From Candidatus Wolfebacteria bacterium RIFCSPLOWO2_01_FULL_47_17b (GTDB taxonomy: Bacteria > Patescibacteriota > Minisyncoccia > UBA6257 > JAGOQP01), in the NCBI GenBank assembly GCA_001793865.1, contig MGIS01000023.1:60137-124136 (forward strand): DNA of 64,000 nucleotides, read 5' to 3'. Each line of letters starts with the position of its first letter. Within the stretch, counting starts at the first letter, position 1. Shown here piece after piece: positions 1 through 8,433 of the stretch. The translations under genes were made by a program, and so were the position numbers. Below the pieces are notes generated by a model, which saw only the letters and a program-made list of their open reading frames with translations, was not told the DNA's origin and did not search any database.

Positions 1-183
1 TATGACATATTCAATCACCTTTTTATTCGGCACTGGAAGCGTTCCGGGGTGCCCCATGCATATCGGGCATACGTTTTTGTTTGGCGTTATCTCTGTCGGA
101 TCGTTCAAGCAGCTGCAGAACATTTTGGTCTGCGTCAGAAGTTCGGCGTGGATTTCCAAACCAATTGTCGGAATATAGTTCAT
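1..183 (-). CDS. gatB: Asp/Glu-tRNA amidotransferase subunit B, N-terminal part (runs off window edge)
   Basis: Minus-strand translation from ATG at 181-183 gives MNYIPTIGLEIHAELLTQTKMFCSCLNDPTEI..., the GatB N-terminal signature; not in ORF track because truncated. Confidence 0.65.
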   Translation of the reverse strand, partial: MNYIPTIGLEIHAELLTQTKMFCSCLNDPTEITPNKNVCPICMGHPGTLPVPNKKVIEYVI

Positions 184-204
184 ACCTCAAATTTAGCAGA
201 AAAA

Positions 205-233
205 AGGAACGATGTAAAAATCGTTCCTTTTTT
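205..233. terminator. Hairpin aggaacgat-gtaaaa-atcgttcct flanked by A-run and T-run; bidirectional rho-independent terminator downstream of rplK
   Basis: Perfect 9-bp stem followed by TTTTT on plus and preceded by AAAAAA. Confidence 0.6.
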
Positions 234-256
234 ATAAAAATCAGTATACAAATCCA

Positions 257-291
257 TGAAGTTCAATCTCCGCAGACCGAGGTTGAACCTC
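257..291. repeat. Degenerate copy of the AGGTTCAACCTC / GAGGTTGAACCT inverted-repeat hairpin family
   Basis: gaagttcaatctcc-gcagac-cgaggttgaacctc; compare 13468, 28803, 34319, 57057. Confidence 0.5.
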
Positions 292-307
292 ATGGATTTT
301 TTGTTCC

Positions 308-733
308 TTATTCTTTTACTTCAATCCCCATTGAGCGGGCGGTGCCAGCAACTATTTTCATTGCCTGTTCCACGTCGTATGCGTTCAAATCGGCTTTTTT
401 CTTTTCAGCTATTTCTTTTAATTGCGCTTTCGTTACGCTTCCAACTTTCTGTTTGAGTATATCCCCCGCTCCTTTTTCCACTCCGGCCGCTTTTTTCAAA
501 AGATCGGATGCTGGCGGCGTTTTGAGCACAAAATCAAACGAGCGGTCTTCGTACACCGTAATAACCGCGGGAACAATGGATCCCGTCATCTCTTTGGTGG
601 CGTCGTTAAACTGCTGACAAAACTGCCCTAGGTTAATGCCGTGCGGACCAAGCGAGGTGCCCACTGGCGGCCCCGGGTTTACGGTGCCTGCCGGAAGCTG
701 TATTTTAATTTTGGTTTTTATTGCTTTGGCCAT
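308..733 (-). CDS. rplK: 50S ribosomal protein L11
   Basis: [25 protein letters not shown]...; full-length L11 signature. Confidence 0.93.
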   Translation of the reverse strand: MAKAIKTKIKIQLPAGTVNPGPPVGTSLGPHGINLGQFCQQFNDATKEMTGSIVPAVITVYEDRSFDFVLKTPPASDLLKKAAGVEKGAGDILKQKVGSVTKAQLKEIAEKKKADLNAYDVEQAMKIVAGTARSMGIEVKE

Positions 734-735
734 AT

Positions 736-1323
736 TTACATTTTTTGGATTTGCAGTGAGTCTATTTCGGTGATGGTTTCACGCCCAAATACCGGTATAG
801 ATACTCGCACACGACCGTGCTCTTCGTCAACCTCGGTAATCTTGCCTTCATAATCCTTGAACGGGCCGTCCACAACCCGCACCAGATCACCAACCGCGTA
901 TTCTACTTTGAATTTCGCTTCATGATCCTCTTCCATCCGCGAGAGCAGGTTTTCCACCTCACTCTTTGATACCGGTGTTGGTTTGGTTGGATCGGGACCT
1001 ACAAATCCCATCACGCGGGGCGTATTGCGAACCACATACCACGAATCTTCGTTGAGTATCATATCAACAAGCACGTATCCCGGGTAGATCTTTTCCTCGG
1101 TTACCTTGCGCTTGCCGTTCTTGATGCGGATTTTCTTTTCTTTGGGGACCGTGATGCTGAAAATCTTGTCGTTCATTGAGAGCGACTCCACTCGCTGTTT
1201 GAGGTAGCGAGCCACAGCGTCTTCGTAACCGGAATACGTATGCACCGCGTACCAGGCACGCAGAGATTTCGTTTTGTCGTCAATATGCAAACCCTTTGGC
1301 TTCTTTGTTTCGCTTTGTTCCAT
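736..1323 (-). CDS. nusG: Transcription termination/antitermination factor NusG
   Basis: NGN domain plus C-terminal KOW ([22 protein letters not shown]); conserved secE-nusG-rplK order. Confidence 0.9.
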   Translation of the reverse strand: MEQSETKKPKGLHIDDKTKSLRAWYAVHTYSGYEDAVARYLKQRVESLSMNDKIFSITVPKEKKIRIKNGKRKVTEEKIYPGYVLVDMILNEDSWYVVRNTPRVMGFVGPDPTKPTPVSKSEVENLLSRMEEDHEAKFKVEYAVGDLVRVVDGPFKDYEGKITEVDEEHGRVRVSIPVFGRETITEIDSLQIQKM

Positions 1324-1326
1324 AGT

Positions 1327-1506
1327 TTAGAAAAAGAATTGGCTCAGGGCGTTTGAGAAGATAATATCCAATATGCCCAAGAAGATAGCGACTCCAAGCG
1401 AAAAGCCGATAACGATAAGCGTAAGTTTGGTAGTTTCCTGGCGCGTTGGCCAGTTCACCTTCTTCAACTCCGTATATGATTCGGTCAAGTATGATTTAAT
1501 ACCCAT
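1327..1506 (-). CDS. secE: Preprotein translocase subunit SecE (59 aa, below ORF-track cutoff)
   Basis: Manual translation MGIKSYLTESYTELKKVNWPTRQETTKLTLIVIGFSLGVAIFLGILDIIFSNALSQFFF; single TM, position upstream of nusG. Confidence 0.7.
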   Translation of the reverse strand: MGIKSYLTESYTELKKVNWPTRQETTKLTLIVIGFSLGVAIFLGILDIIFSNALSQFFF

Positions 1507-1557
1507 GGTATTTAAAAACCCCGTCGGGGCACCCCCTGATAGTACTCTTGTAACCCT

Positions 1558-4500
1558 TTAGATGTCAAGATTGGACACCATCGACGCGCGGCTCTGAATG
1601 AAATGCTTGCGCGGCGCAACCTTTTCTCCCATCAGCACGTCAAACAGGCGGTCAGCTTCCTGCGCATCCTCAATGGTCACCCTTTTCAACAAGCGTGTGG
1701 CGGGATCCATAGTTGTTTCCCATAGCTGCTGCGGATTCATTTCCCCCAATCCTTTATACCGCTGGATGGAAATACCGCCCTGTGTCTTTGCCTTGGTAAA
1801 CTCCGCTGCTATTTTTTCTTTTTCTTCGTCGTCGAATGCGTACTTGAACTCCTTGCCCGACTGCACACGATACAGTGGCGGCTGGGCTATATATATATAC
1901 CCATTTTCGATTATCGCGCGAAAATGGCGGAAGAATAGAGTTAAAAGGAGCGTGCGGATATGCGCGCCGTCCACGTCGGCATCGGTCATAATAATGATCT
2001 TGTGGTAGCGGATTTTGTCCACCAGAAAGTCCGCGCCTATGGCAGTACCGAGCGCGATAACCAGCGATTTTATCTCATTGTTCGCGAGCATTTTATCAAG
2101 CCGTGCTTTCTCCACGTTTAATATTTTCCCCCGCAGAGGCAGAATTGCCTGCGTTCTCCTATCCCTTCCCTGCTTACCGCTATTGTGTACAAAAACCCCT
2201 GATGCAAGGGCGAAGTTATGCGTTTCCGGCACTTCTATATCGTATACGTCAATCTTTTCTTTGAGCGTGGTGATTTCTTTTATCTTATGGTTGAAATGCA
2301 TCGCCGCTTCTTTCATCTTTTTTTCGTCGCCGCCAAAAAATCTTCCGCACACGGTATCGTATCGGATCAGACTTTTGTCATTTAACGCTTTTCGCAGCTC
2401 ATTATATGCATCCGTGCTTATTGCATGCTTTTTTTCGTACAAGTCGTGCATTGCGCCCAATGCTTTATTGAGATATGTCTGGTTGTATGTTTTCTTCCTT
2501 TTTTCTCTAAATTCAGGTGTCCATTGCTTTTTTGTTTCTTCTCTGCGCCATACGCGCAAATCTTCATCTTGCCACTGTTTTTTTGAAAGTTTTGAAAGTT
2601 CTGTCTTTCTTTCAGGATGTGATTCAAAAAACTCTCTTACCCGTTTTGCCTGCGCTTTCCTGTTCTTTTCATTTGCCCAATATGCCGCCTGCGCCTTATT
2701 GAGTGCCTCTTTATTTGCTTCTCGATACTCAGAATGCGAGTAATAAAACGCAAGGAATTTCTCCATCATATACTCCTTATAATCCTTGTCTTGCCATTGT
2801 TTTTTTGCCCGCGTGCTAAGCAGTTTTTTCATATCCGGCGTTGACATAATCTCACTCATCCTTCTTCGGAATTCCAGCGACTGTTTTATGATGCGGCATT
2901 TTTCTTTTACGTCTTCACGGTGAATCGTCTTGTCCAGCTGCGTTGTATGGTAGAAAAAATGCTCCATTCTGGGCATGCGTACCAAATTATCCGGATTGTT
3001 ATTCCGTTTGTTAAAATCCTTGTGGTGTACTGCCTCATTGACTCCTTTTTTGTACACACCGCTTTTTATGTTGTGCGCGTCCGAGAGCAAATGCGCGAAT
3101 ATCCACCTGTGCGACGCGGGACTAAATACCATTTCATACCCTTTAATAGTTATTCGCTTCCCTAGTCGTGAGAGCTGGCGGTACAGCGGCATAAGCGAAT
3201 CGGATGTGGTTAAATCCTTTGCCTGCTTGTATTCGCCGTTTTTAAGCATAAACCGATGATCGGGCGTGCATATGATTTCCTCTCCGTTATCCAAAACCAC
3301 CTTCAATACTTCGGAATTCTTTTTCGTTATTCTCGGGTTTGTGATCAGCACTATAGCAACATCGCCGTTTTTATCTATCGTATAGCAATAATTTTTCTTT
3401 CCCTCTGTATGTTCTTTCACCAGCTCCTTAAAGGAAACATGCCTCCCGTCTGCAAGAGCAACTTTTGTATCACCCGAAAAACATCCGCCCGCGGAATCTC
3501 CCTCTACAATAAACAGTTCCGATTCGGCTGGGTCTTTGGACGAGCAGTCGGCAAGTTTACCTGGCAGCGTAAGCCCTTCGAACGGGCCTTTGCGCAGAAC
3601 CGTCTCCTTTGCCGCTTTTGCTGCCTTGCGAGCCTTTGCCGCGAGTAGCGCCTTGTTTATGATAACCCGCGCGTCTCCGCTGTATTTCTGGAAAAATTCT
3701 TTCAACCCTTCGGAGACGACGGCCTCCACCGCGGTGCGGGCGGGCGGGTTTCCGAGCCGCGCTTTAGTCTGCCCTTCAAATTGCGGTTCGCGCAATTTTA
3801 TGGATACCACCGCTACCAGGCCCTCACGAACATCGTCTCCCGTGAAATTTTCCTCTTTCTCTTTGACGGCCCCGCTTTCACGCGCGAAATCATTCAGTGC
3901 GCGAGTCAGTGCGGTTCGGAATCCTGTCAGGTGCATTCCCCCGTCCATTGTATAAATGTTATTCGCAAAGCTCAGCTCCTGTGTCTCGGGATCGTTGTTA
4001 TACGTGAATGCGACTTCCACGGGCATTCCCTCATACTCTTTGTTTACATAAAAAGGCGTATCTTGAATTTTGTCTCCGTATTCATTCAAGTAGGACAAAA
4101 ATGAAAGCAATCCTCCTTCAAAACAAAAAGCATAGTACAGCGGCACCTCGGCCCGTGCGTCAATAATTTCGATTTTCACCCCTTTGACCAAAAACGCCTG
4201 CTGACGGAGGTGATCGATTATTTTTTTACGATCATATTCTATTTTCGAAAATATTTCTTCGTCGGCTTGGAATGTGATTTTGGTCCCGGTACGGTCTGTT
4301 TTTCCGATTTTTTTGACGTTATACTGCGGTGCTCCGATCTTGTATTCCTGCACATACATACCACCGTCCTTATGCACTTCGGCCTTGAGATGCCTGGAGA
4401 GCGCGTTTACTACCGAAACTCCCACGCCGTGCAACCCTCCCGACACCTTATACGAATCTCCTCCGAATTTTCCTCCCGCGTGTAGCGTGCAGAGCGCGGT

Positions 4501-4794
4501 CTCAAGCGCGGATTTTTTCGTCTTGGGGTGGATGTCAACCGGGATTCCTCTTCCATCGTCGGTAACTGAAATCACGTTATCGTCCAGCAATTCGACACGG
4601 ATATTCTTGGCGTATCCCGCCATCGCTTCGTCTATGGAGTTGTCCACCACTTCCCAGACCAGATGGTGCAATCCCTCGGTTCCGGTGGAACCGATATACA
4701 TACCGGGGCGCTTACGAACCGGTTCGAGCCCTTCCAGGACGTATATATCTTTCGCGCTGTAACTGTCTTTTTTTTCCTCTTTTTTATCGGCCAT
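1558..4794 (-). CDS. gyrB: DNA gyrase subunit B interrupted by an in-frame 434-aa intein
   Basis: GyrB ATPase and Toprim motifs; exteins total 644 aa; intein between EGDSAGG and SGKQGRDRR. Confidence 0.92.
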   Translation of the reverse strand: MADKKEEKKDSYSAKDIYVLEGLEPVRKRPGMYIGSTGTEGLHHLVWEVVDNSIDEAMAGYAKNIRVELLDDNVISVTDDGRGIPVDIHPKTKKSALETALCTLHAGGKFGGDSYKVSGGLHGVGVSVVNALSRHLKAEVHKDGGMYVQEYKIGAPQYNVKKIGKTDRTGTKITFQADEEIFSKIEYDRKKIIDHLRQQAFLVKGVKIEIIDARAEVPLYYAFCFEGGLLSFLSYLNEYGDKIQDTPFYVNKEYEGMPVEVAFTYNNDPETQELSFANNIYTMDGGMHLTGFRTALTRALNDFARESGAVKEKEENFTGDDVREGLVAVVSIKLREPQFEGQTKARLGNPPARTAVEAVVSEGLKEFFQKYSGDARVIINKALLAAKARKAAKAAKETVLRKGPFEGLTLPGKLADCSSKDPAESELFIVEGDSAGGCFSGDTKVALADGRHVSFKELVKEHTEGKKNYCYTIDKNGDVAIVLITNPRITKKNSEVLKVVLDNGEEIICTPDHRFMLKNGEYKQAKDLTTSDSLMPLYRQLSRLGKRITIKGYEMVFSPASHRWIFAHLLSDAHNIKSGVYKKGVNEAVHHKDFNKRNNNPDNLVRMPRMEHFFYHTTQLDKTIHREDVKEKCRIIKQSLEFRRRMSEIMSTPDMKKLLSTRAKKQWQDKDYKEYMMEKFLAFYYSHSEYREANKEALNKAQAAYWANEKNRKAQAKRVREFFESHPERKTELSKLSKKQWQDEDLRVWRREETKKQWTPEFREKRKKTYNQTYLNKALGAMHDLYEKKHAISTDAYNELRKALNDKSLIRYDTVCGRFFGGDEKKMKEAAMHFNHKIKEITTLKEKIDVYDIEVPETHNFALASGVFVHNSGKQGRDRRTQAILPLRGKILNVEKARLDKMLANNEIKSLVIALGTAIGADFLVDKIRYHKIIIMTDADVDGAHIRTLLLTLFFRHFRAIIENGYIYIAQPPLYRVQSGKEFKYAFDDEEKEKIAAEFTKAKTQGGISIQRYKGLGEMNPQQLWETTMDPATRLLKRVTIEDAQEADRLFDVLMGEKVAPRKHFIQSRASMVSNLDI
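2182..3483 (-). mobile_element. Intein (aa 438-871 of GyrB precursor) with HNH endonuclease motif and K/E/Q/W-rich internal repeats
   Basis: Starts CFSGDTKVALADG (block A), TPDHRF (block B), ends GVFVHN followed by +1 Ser; HNH-like VHHKDFNKRNNNPDNLVRMPRMEH. Confidence 0.85.
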
Positions 4795-4859
4795 AATGCG
4801 AAAAGTATAGCATAAAATAATGCCTATTTCAACTTCACGTACTGAATGATAACCTCTCT

Positions 4860-5129
4860 TTAGAGGCTGTTTATATCGTTATCTACGGACTCAAATTCCG
4901 CGTCAATATCCCCTTGCACTGACGCATCCAATTCCTGCTCAAGCCCCTGCAGAGAGTCGGGCGATGCTGACACTGCCGGAGATGGTGAAATCTGTGGACT
5001 CGGAGAGGAAAGAGGAAGACCTCCTTCATCAAAGATTGCGGGGTTTGTCGTTTGCGTACTATCGAGCCAGAACCATACAGCAGCTAATACGATAACGAAG
5101 ATGAGAATGTATACTATTTTGTGGGTCAT
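4860..5129 (-). CDS. Hypothetical small membrane-anchored protein with Ser/Pro-rich tail
   Basis: N-terminal TM helix, SPSPQISPSPAVSASP low-complexity tail. Confidence 0.45.
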   Translation of the reverse strand: MTHKIVYILIFVIVLAAVWFWLDSTQTTNPAIFDEGGLPLSSPSPQISPSPAVSASPDSLQGLEQELDASVQGDIDAEFESVDNDINSL

Positions 5130-5147
5130 AGAAAAAGATTATTACGT

Positions 5148-5966
5148 TTATGAAGAAGGCGACGATGTTGCCGTTGGAGATGGAGACAATGAGGGGGATG
5201 GACTTGGAGAAACAAGCGGCGATGGCGATAGTGACGGTGATGGTGCCGGCGACGGTCTTGTTCTCGCCGGAGTAAGCGCTTGTATTGCCTCCCGTACCGC
5301 TTCGCGTGCTTTGTGCACAAGATCGCGGAGTGCTTTCAAGTCACGTGCCATTTGAGACCGCACACCGCCAACGTTATTTCTGAGCTGGTCTTCGCCGGTT
5401 ACGGTAATCTCGTATACCTTGCCGGTCGCGTCGCGTATCGCGGTGCTTGCCTCGTCTATCGTGTCTTGCGCGGCCGCTATGGCTCTGAGGGCCGCGTCTA
5501 CATCCACGCCTTCTTCTTCAAGCGAGTTTGCCCGTTCCACGACTCGATCGAGCACGCCTTGGATCTTACCTATCGCTTGTGATAGGTTTTCCAGGATGCG
5601 CTCATACACCTGCGCGAGCGTTTCGTCCACGCGCTCCACTATCCGCCGTTTCGCCTCGTCTTTAACTGTTTGCAAGCGTTCACGAAGCGTTTGTTTTACT
5701 TCTTCACGCTTTTGCTGAAAGTTTGCCTTTCTCTGATCGAGAGCGGCTTTGAATTCCTCCTTTCTATCCTGGGCCTGCGTCTGGTATTCCAAGCGCCGAG
5801 CCTCAAGCTGCTGTTTGAATTCACTCGTGGCCTGATTTCTTTGGTCGACCATGTTTTGTAAGGCGTCTGTGCGCCTCTGTTGCGTCCGTGCTGGCGTTTG
5901 TGCCAATGCCGGCAGTGCGCTCATTATAAACGCGCCGAGCAGCATAAAAATGACTATTTTCTTCAT
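5148..5966 (-). CDS. Hypothetical secreted coiled-coil protein with C-terminal SPSPS repeats
   Basis: Signal peptide MKKIVIFMLLGAFIMSALPALAQ, long Q/E/R/K heptad-like region, SP-repeat tail. Confidence 0.55.
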   Translation of the reverse strand: MKKIVIFMLLGAFIMSALPALAQTPARTQQRRTDALQNMVDQRNQATSEFKQQLEARRLEYQTQAQDRKEEFKAALDQRKANFQQKREEVKQTLRERLQTVKDEAKRRIVERVDETLAQVYERILENLSQAIGKIQGVLDRVVERANSLEEEGVDVDAALRAIAAAQDTIDEASTAIRDATGKVYEITVTGEDQLRNNVGGVRSQMARDLKALRDLVHKAREAVREAIQALTPARTRPSPAPSPSLSPSPLVSPSPSPSLSPSPTATSSPSS

Positions 5967-6013
5967 AGCTTTAGTATATCACATATGGACAGCTTCCGTG
6001 TGGATGAATTTTG

Positions 6014-6087
6014 GGTGAGCAACGGGGGTTGAACCCGTGGCCTCCAGGGCCACAACCTGGCGCTCTACCAACTGAGCTATGCCCACC
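6014..6087 (-). tRNA. tRNA-His (GTG) with extra 5' G-1
   Basis: GGTGGGCATAGCTCAGTTGGTAGAGCGCCAGGTTGTGGCCCTGGAGGCCACGGGTTCAACCCCCGTTGCTCACC; anticodon loop TTGTGGC; G-1:C73. Confidence 0.85.
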
Positions 6088-6096
6088 ATCTTTACA

Positions 6097-6600
6097 CTAT
6101 TTAATTCCTCGCTTGAGTAATATACGTCTTGTATATCCCCAGTCAAGGCCAACTTTTTTTCCAATCTTCCTATAAGAAGCTCCCTTAAGCCTCATTTCTT
6201 CTGCTATTGATATTTTTCTCTCTAAAACTTTCTTTCGATTTTCTTTTTTAGCAAAATACTCATCGAGGGCTTTTATTGTTTTTTGAGCAATACCCTTTTT
6301 AACTACTAAGAATTTATTTACCCCTTTTATAAAGGAATAAACATCTTCTTGACGAGCAATATAATATATCCAGCTATCTTTCCAGTGCTTTTTTCTTTTT
6401 GTCACTTTGGCAACCTTTCCGAAACCGCAAAAATCCGTGATGTCTTTAAGGACATCCTCGTTCGTCTGTGCTATATAAATTCTAAAACCTTTGCCGTTGT
6501 GACAGATTGAACCTTCTCCATCGAAAAAGCCCGCCACATAGTTCCAGCTCATAGTATACTCAGAATACAGTTTTTGTGTGGCATCGTCAATATTGTCCAC
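6097..6600 (-). CDS. Free-standing single-motif LAGLIDADG homing endonuclease with C-terminal HTH
   Basis: WNYVAGFFDGEGSI motif; C-terminal ASYRKIGKKVGLDWGYTRRIL HTH; AT-rich; stop 10 nt from tRNA-His. Confidence 0.8.
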   Translation of the reverse strand: MDNIDDATQKLYSEYTMSWNYVAGFFDGEGSICHNGKGFRIYIAQTNEDVLKDITDFCGFGKVAKVTKRKKHWKDSWIYYIARQEDVYSFIKGVNKFLVVKKGIAQKTIKALDEYFAKKENRKKVLERKISIAEEMRLKGASYRKIGKKVGLDWGYTRRILLKRGIK

Positions 6601-6622
6601 TTATATTAGATACCACATCCGC

Positions 6623-6889
6623 TTATACCTTATGCACCTTTGCGTTTTCGTGAGATGCCTTGTTCACTTTAATCGCAACCTCATCCCCCTTTTTTCCTTT
6701 CTTTATCTTTTCGTGATCTATTTCCATTGATTCCACTTGCTGGGTGAATTCGCTCTCACCGTGCACAAATTTAACTTCGTCCCCTACCGAAAGCGGTGCC
6801 GAAAGTTTTACCACCGCCACCATCGCCTTGTCAAAGTAATGGATGACTTTTCCTATTTCCTTATCTTTTTTATTTTTACCAAAAAACAT
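6623..6889 (-). CDS. Hypothetical small protein, beta-barrel resembling EF-Tu domain 2 (start probably MFFGKNKK)
   Basis: GKVIHYFDKAMVAVVKLSAPLSVGDEVKF...GDEVAIKV pattern; weak. Confidence 0.4.
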   Translation of the reverse strand: MFFGKNKKDKEIGKVIHYFDKAMVAVVKLSAPLSVGDEVKFVHGESEFTQQVESMEIDHEKIKKGKKGDEVAIKVNKASHENAKVHKV

Positions 6890-7000
6890 ATTTTTTATTT
6901 TTCTTATTTCCGACCTTTCCCAGTATATCAACAACGATTTAATCCTGCGGATTTCAGCCGAAGGCTGAAAATATCGTTGTTGTATTACTGGGTTTCTTGG

Positions 7001-7357
7001 TTATGAATAGAGTAAAATGCCGAGTACGACCAGAAAATTTACTATTAAGAAAAGCCCGTCTCCAACAAGCAAATATTTTTCCTTATGTACAGTCGCGTAT
7101 GTGATTGAGATGATAGAGATGACCAGGTATGATGACCAGGTTGTGAGCGAAAGTCCGCTGATCGCGTGATCCCTCCATACCGTAAGCACTTGCGGAAGGG
7201 AAAAGAGCGGCCCTACCATGCCGGCAAAAAGCACGGTAAAATCGAGCGCTCGAACCCACTTGCTTGGATGCGGGTATTCCTGCAATTTTTGATAGGTTCT
7301 CTTTCTGGTATGCAGATGGTGTATCGCTCCTCCTCTCATTTGGATATTATAGCACAA
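7001..7357 (-). CDS. Small 3-TM membrane protein with PQ-loop motif (SemiSWEET-like)
   Basis: FSLPQVLTVWRDHAISGLSLTTWSSYL matches PQ-loop pattern; ~100 aa. Confidence 0.45.
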   Translation of the reverse strand: MCYNIQMRGGAIHHLHTRKRTYQKLQEYPHPSKWVRALDFTVLFAGMVGPLFSLPQVLTVWRDHAISGLSLTTWSSYLVISIISITYATVHKEKYLLVGDGLFLIVNFLVVLGILLYS

Positions 7358-7487
7358 AGATCTTTTGCTGTACTCCCGAAGGGAATCTCACAAATTCACT
7401 TCGTGAATTTTTAAAACCCTGCGGTTTTAATATTTCCGCTACGGGACGTTTACAAAACGTCCCGACCCCCAAAGATTCAATTTCCTT

Positions 7488-7961
7488 GTGAAGTATAAAT
7501 CAAATTATCCCAAAAAGGGAAAATTTGATTTATGGAAAGTGAAAAGTGATATGGACGGAAAGCTGGAGCAACTTGCCCTACGGATTGAAGAGGAAGAAGA
7601 AAAAGAACTGGTAACGGCGGATATCCTGGATGAAATCCTTCAATTCTCAAAGAATATCTACACCGCCTATATGAAAGCCCCTCACTTCATCAAAAGGCAT
7701 TATCTCGGCTTCTTTTGGGATAAGTTTGAGGTTGTGGACGGAGTTATAATAAAATCCTATCCCTCCCTCCTTTTTCAACAACTTTTGGATATCCAACGGG
7801 CATACATCGAAGCCCTTAAAATCAAGAAACACCCTAAGAACAAGGGTGTTTCTTCGGTTATAATAAACCAGTATCAGTGCTCCCGAAGGGAATCGAACCC
7901 CTATTCTCTCCTTAGAAGGGAGATGTTTTATCCATTAAACTACGGGAGCGAGATGTTTTGA
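7488..7961 (+). CDS. Hypothetical protein; last ~25 codons are antisense of tRNA-Arg so true end/validity uncertain
   Basis: ORF track only; lies inside 494-bp segment bracketed by duplicated tRNA-Arg 3' end. Confidence 0.3.
   Translation: MKYKSNYPKKGKFDLWKVKSDMDGKLEQLALRIEEEEEKELVTADILDEILQFSKNIYTAYMKAPHFIKRHYLGFFWDKFEVVDGVIIKSYPSLLFQQLLDIQRAYIEALKIKKHPKNKGVSSVIINQYQCSRRESNPYSLLRREMFYPLNYGSEMF
7878..7949 (-). tRNA. tRNA-Arg (TCT)
   Basis: GCTCCCGTAGTTTAATGGATAAAACATCTCCCTTCTAAGGAGAGAATAGGGGTTCGATTCCCTTCGGGAGCA. Confidence 0.8.
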
Positions 7962-8062
7962 TTGTATGCGGAAAAATGTCCAAAATCAACACAAACTTGT
8001 CAAGATACAGATTGTGTTGTAATATATCGGCAGTTGCTAAAAATAAAATAAAAGGTGTAAGA

Positions 8063-8392
8063 ATGAAGTTCTCTATCAAAAAACAAGAGCATGGAACGGT
8101 TGTTTCATTGAGGGGCGATATCATGAGCTTCGAGCCTGAATTCAGAGAAGCTCTGATAAACACCGTACAAGACGGGAAAAATCCTATCGTGCTGGATTTA
8201 GAAAAAGTAAAATTTGTAAACGCTTCCGGGCTTGGTGTTTTTCTTCAATGCCATATTCTTGCGAAGAAAGCTGGCCGCTCATTGAGAATAGCCAATGCTC
8301 CTGAAAAAGTTTTGTCGCTTTTTGTCATCACAAAGTTTTCTTCCGTATTCCAAATATTTGACTCTGTGGAAAAGGCGCTTAATGCCGCCTGA
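8063..8392 (+). CDS. Anti-sigma factor antagonist (STAS domain, SpoIIAA-like)
   Basis: MKFSIKKQEHGTVVSLRGDI...VNASGLGVFL; start at internal Met of listed ORF. Confidence 0.7.
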   Translation: MKFSIKKQEHGTVVSLRGDIMSFEPEFREALINTVQDGKNPIVLDLEKVKFVNASGLGVFLQCHILAKKAGRSLRIANAPEKVLSLFVITKFSSVFQIFDSVEKALNAA

Positions 8393-8433
8393 CCCTAATG
8401 ATTCCGATCTCCCACACAGTGGGAGATTTTTTG

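Noticed and set aside
1598-4762. Numerous plus-strand ORFs (1598..2008, 2015..2743, 2975..3259, 3256..3648, 3536..3955, 4274..4762 etc.) inside gyrB
   Set aside because: They are antisense to a well-supported gyrB/intein ORF and are low-complexity; artefacts of six-frame translation
7862-7961. C-terminal CSRRESNPYSLLRREMFYPLNYGSEMF of ORF 7488..7961
   Set aside because: This is the antisense translation of tRNA-Arg(TCT); the same artefact (FYPLNYG) appears in ORF 11595..11816 over tRNA-Arg(CCT)
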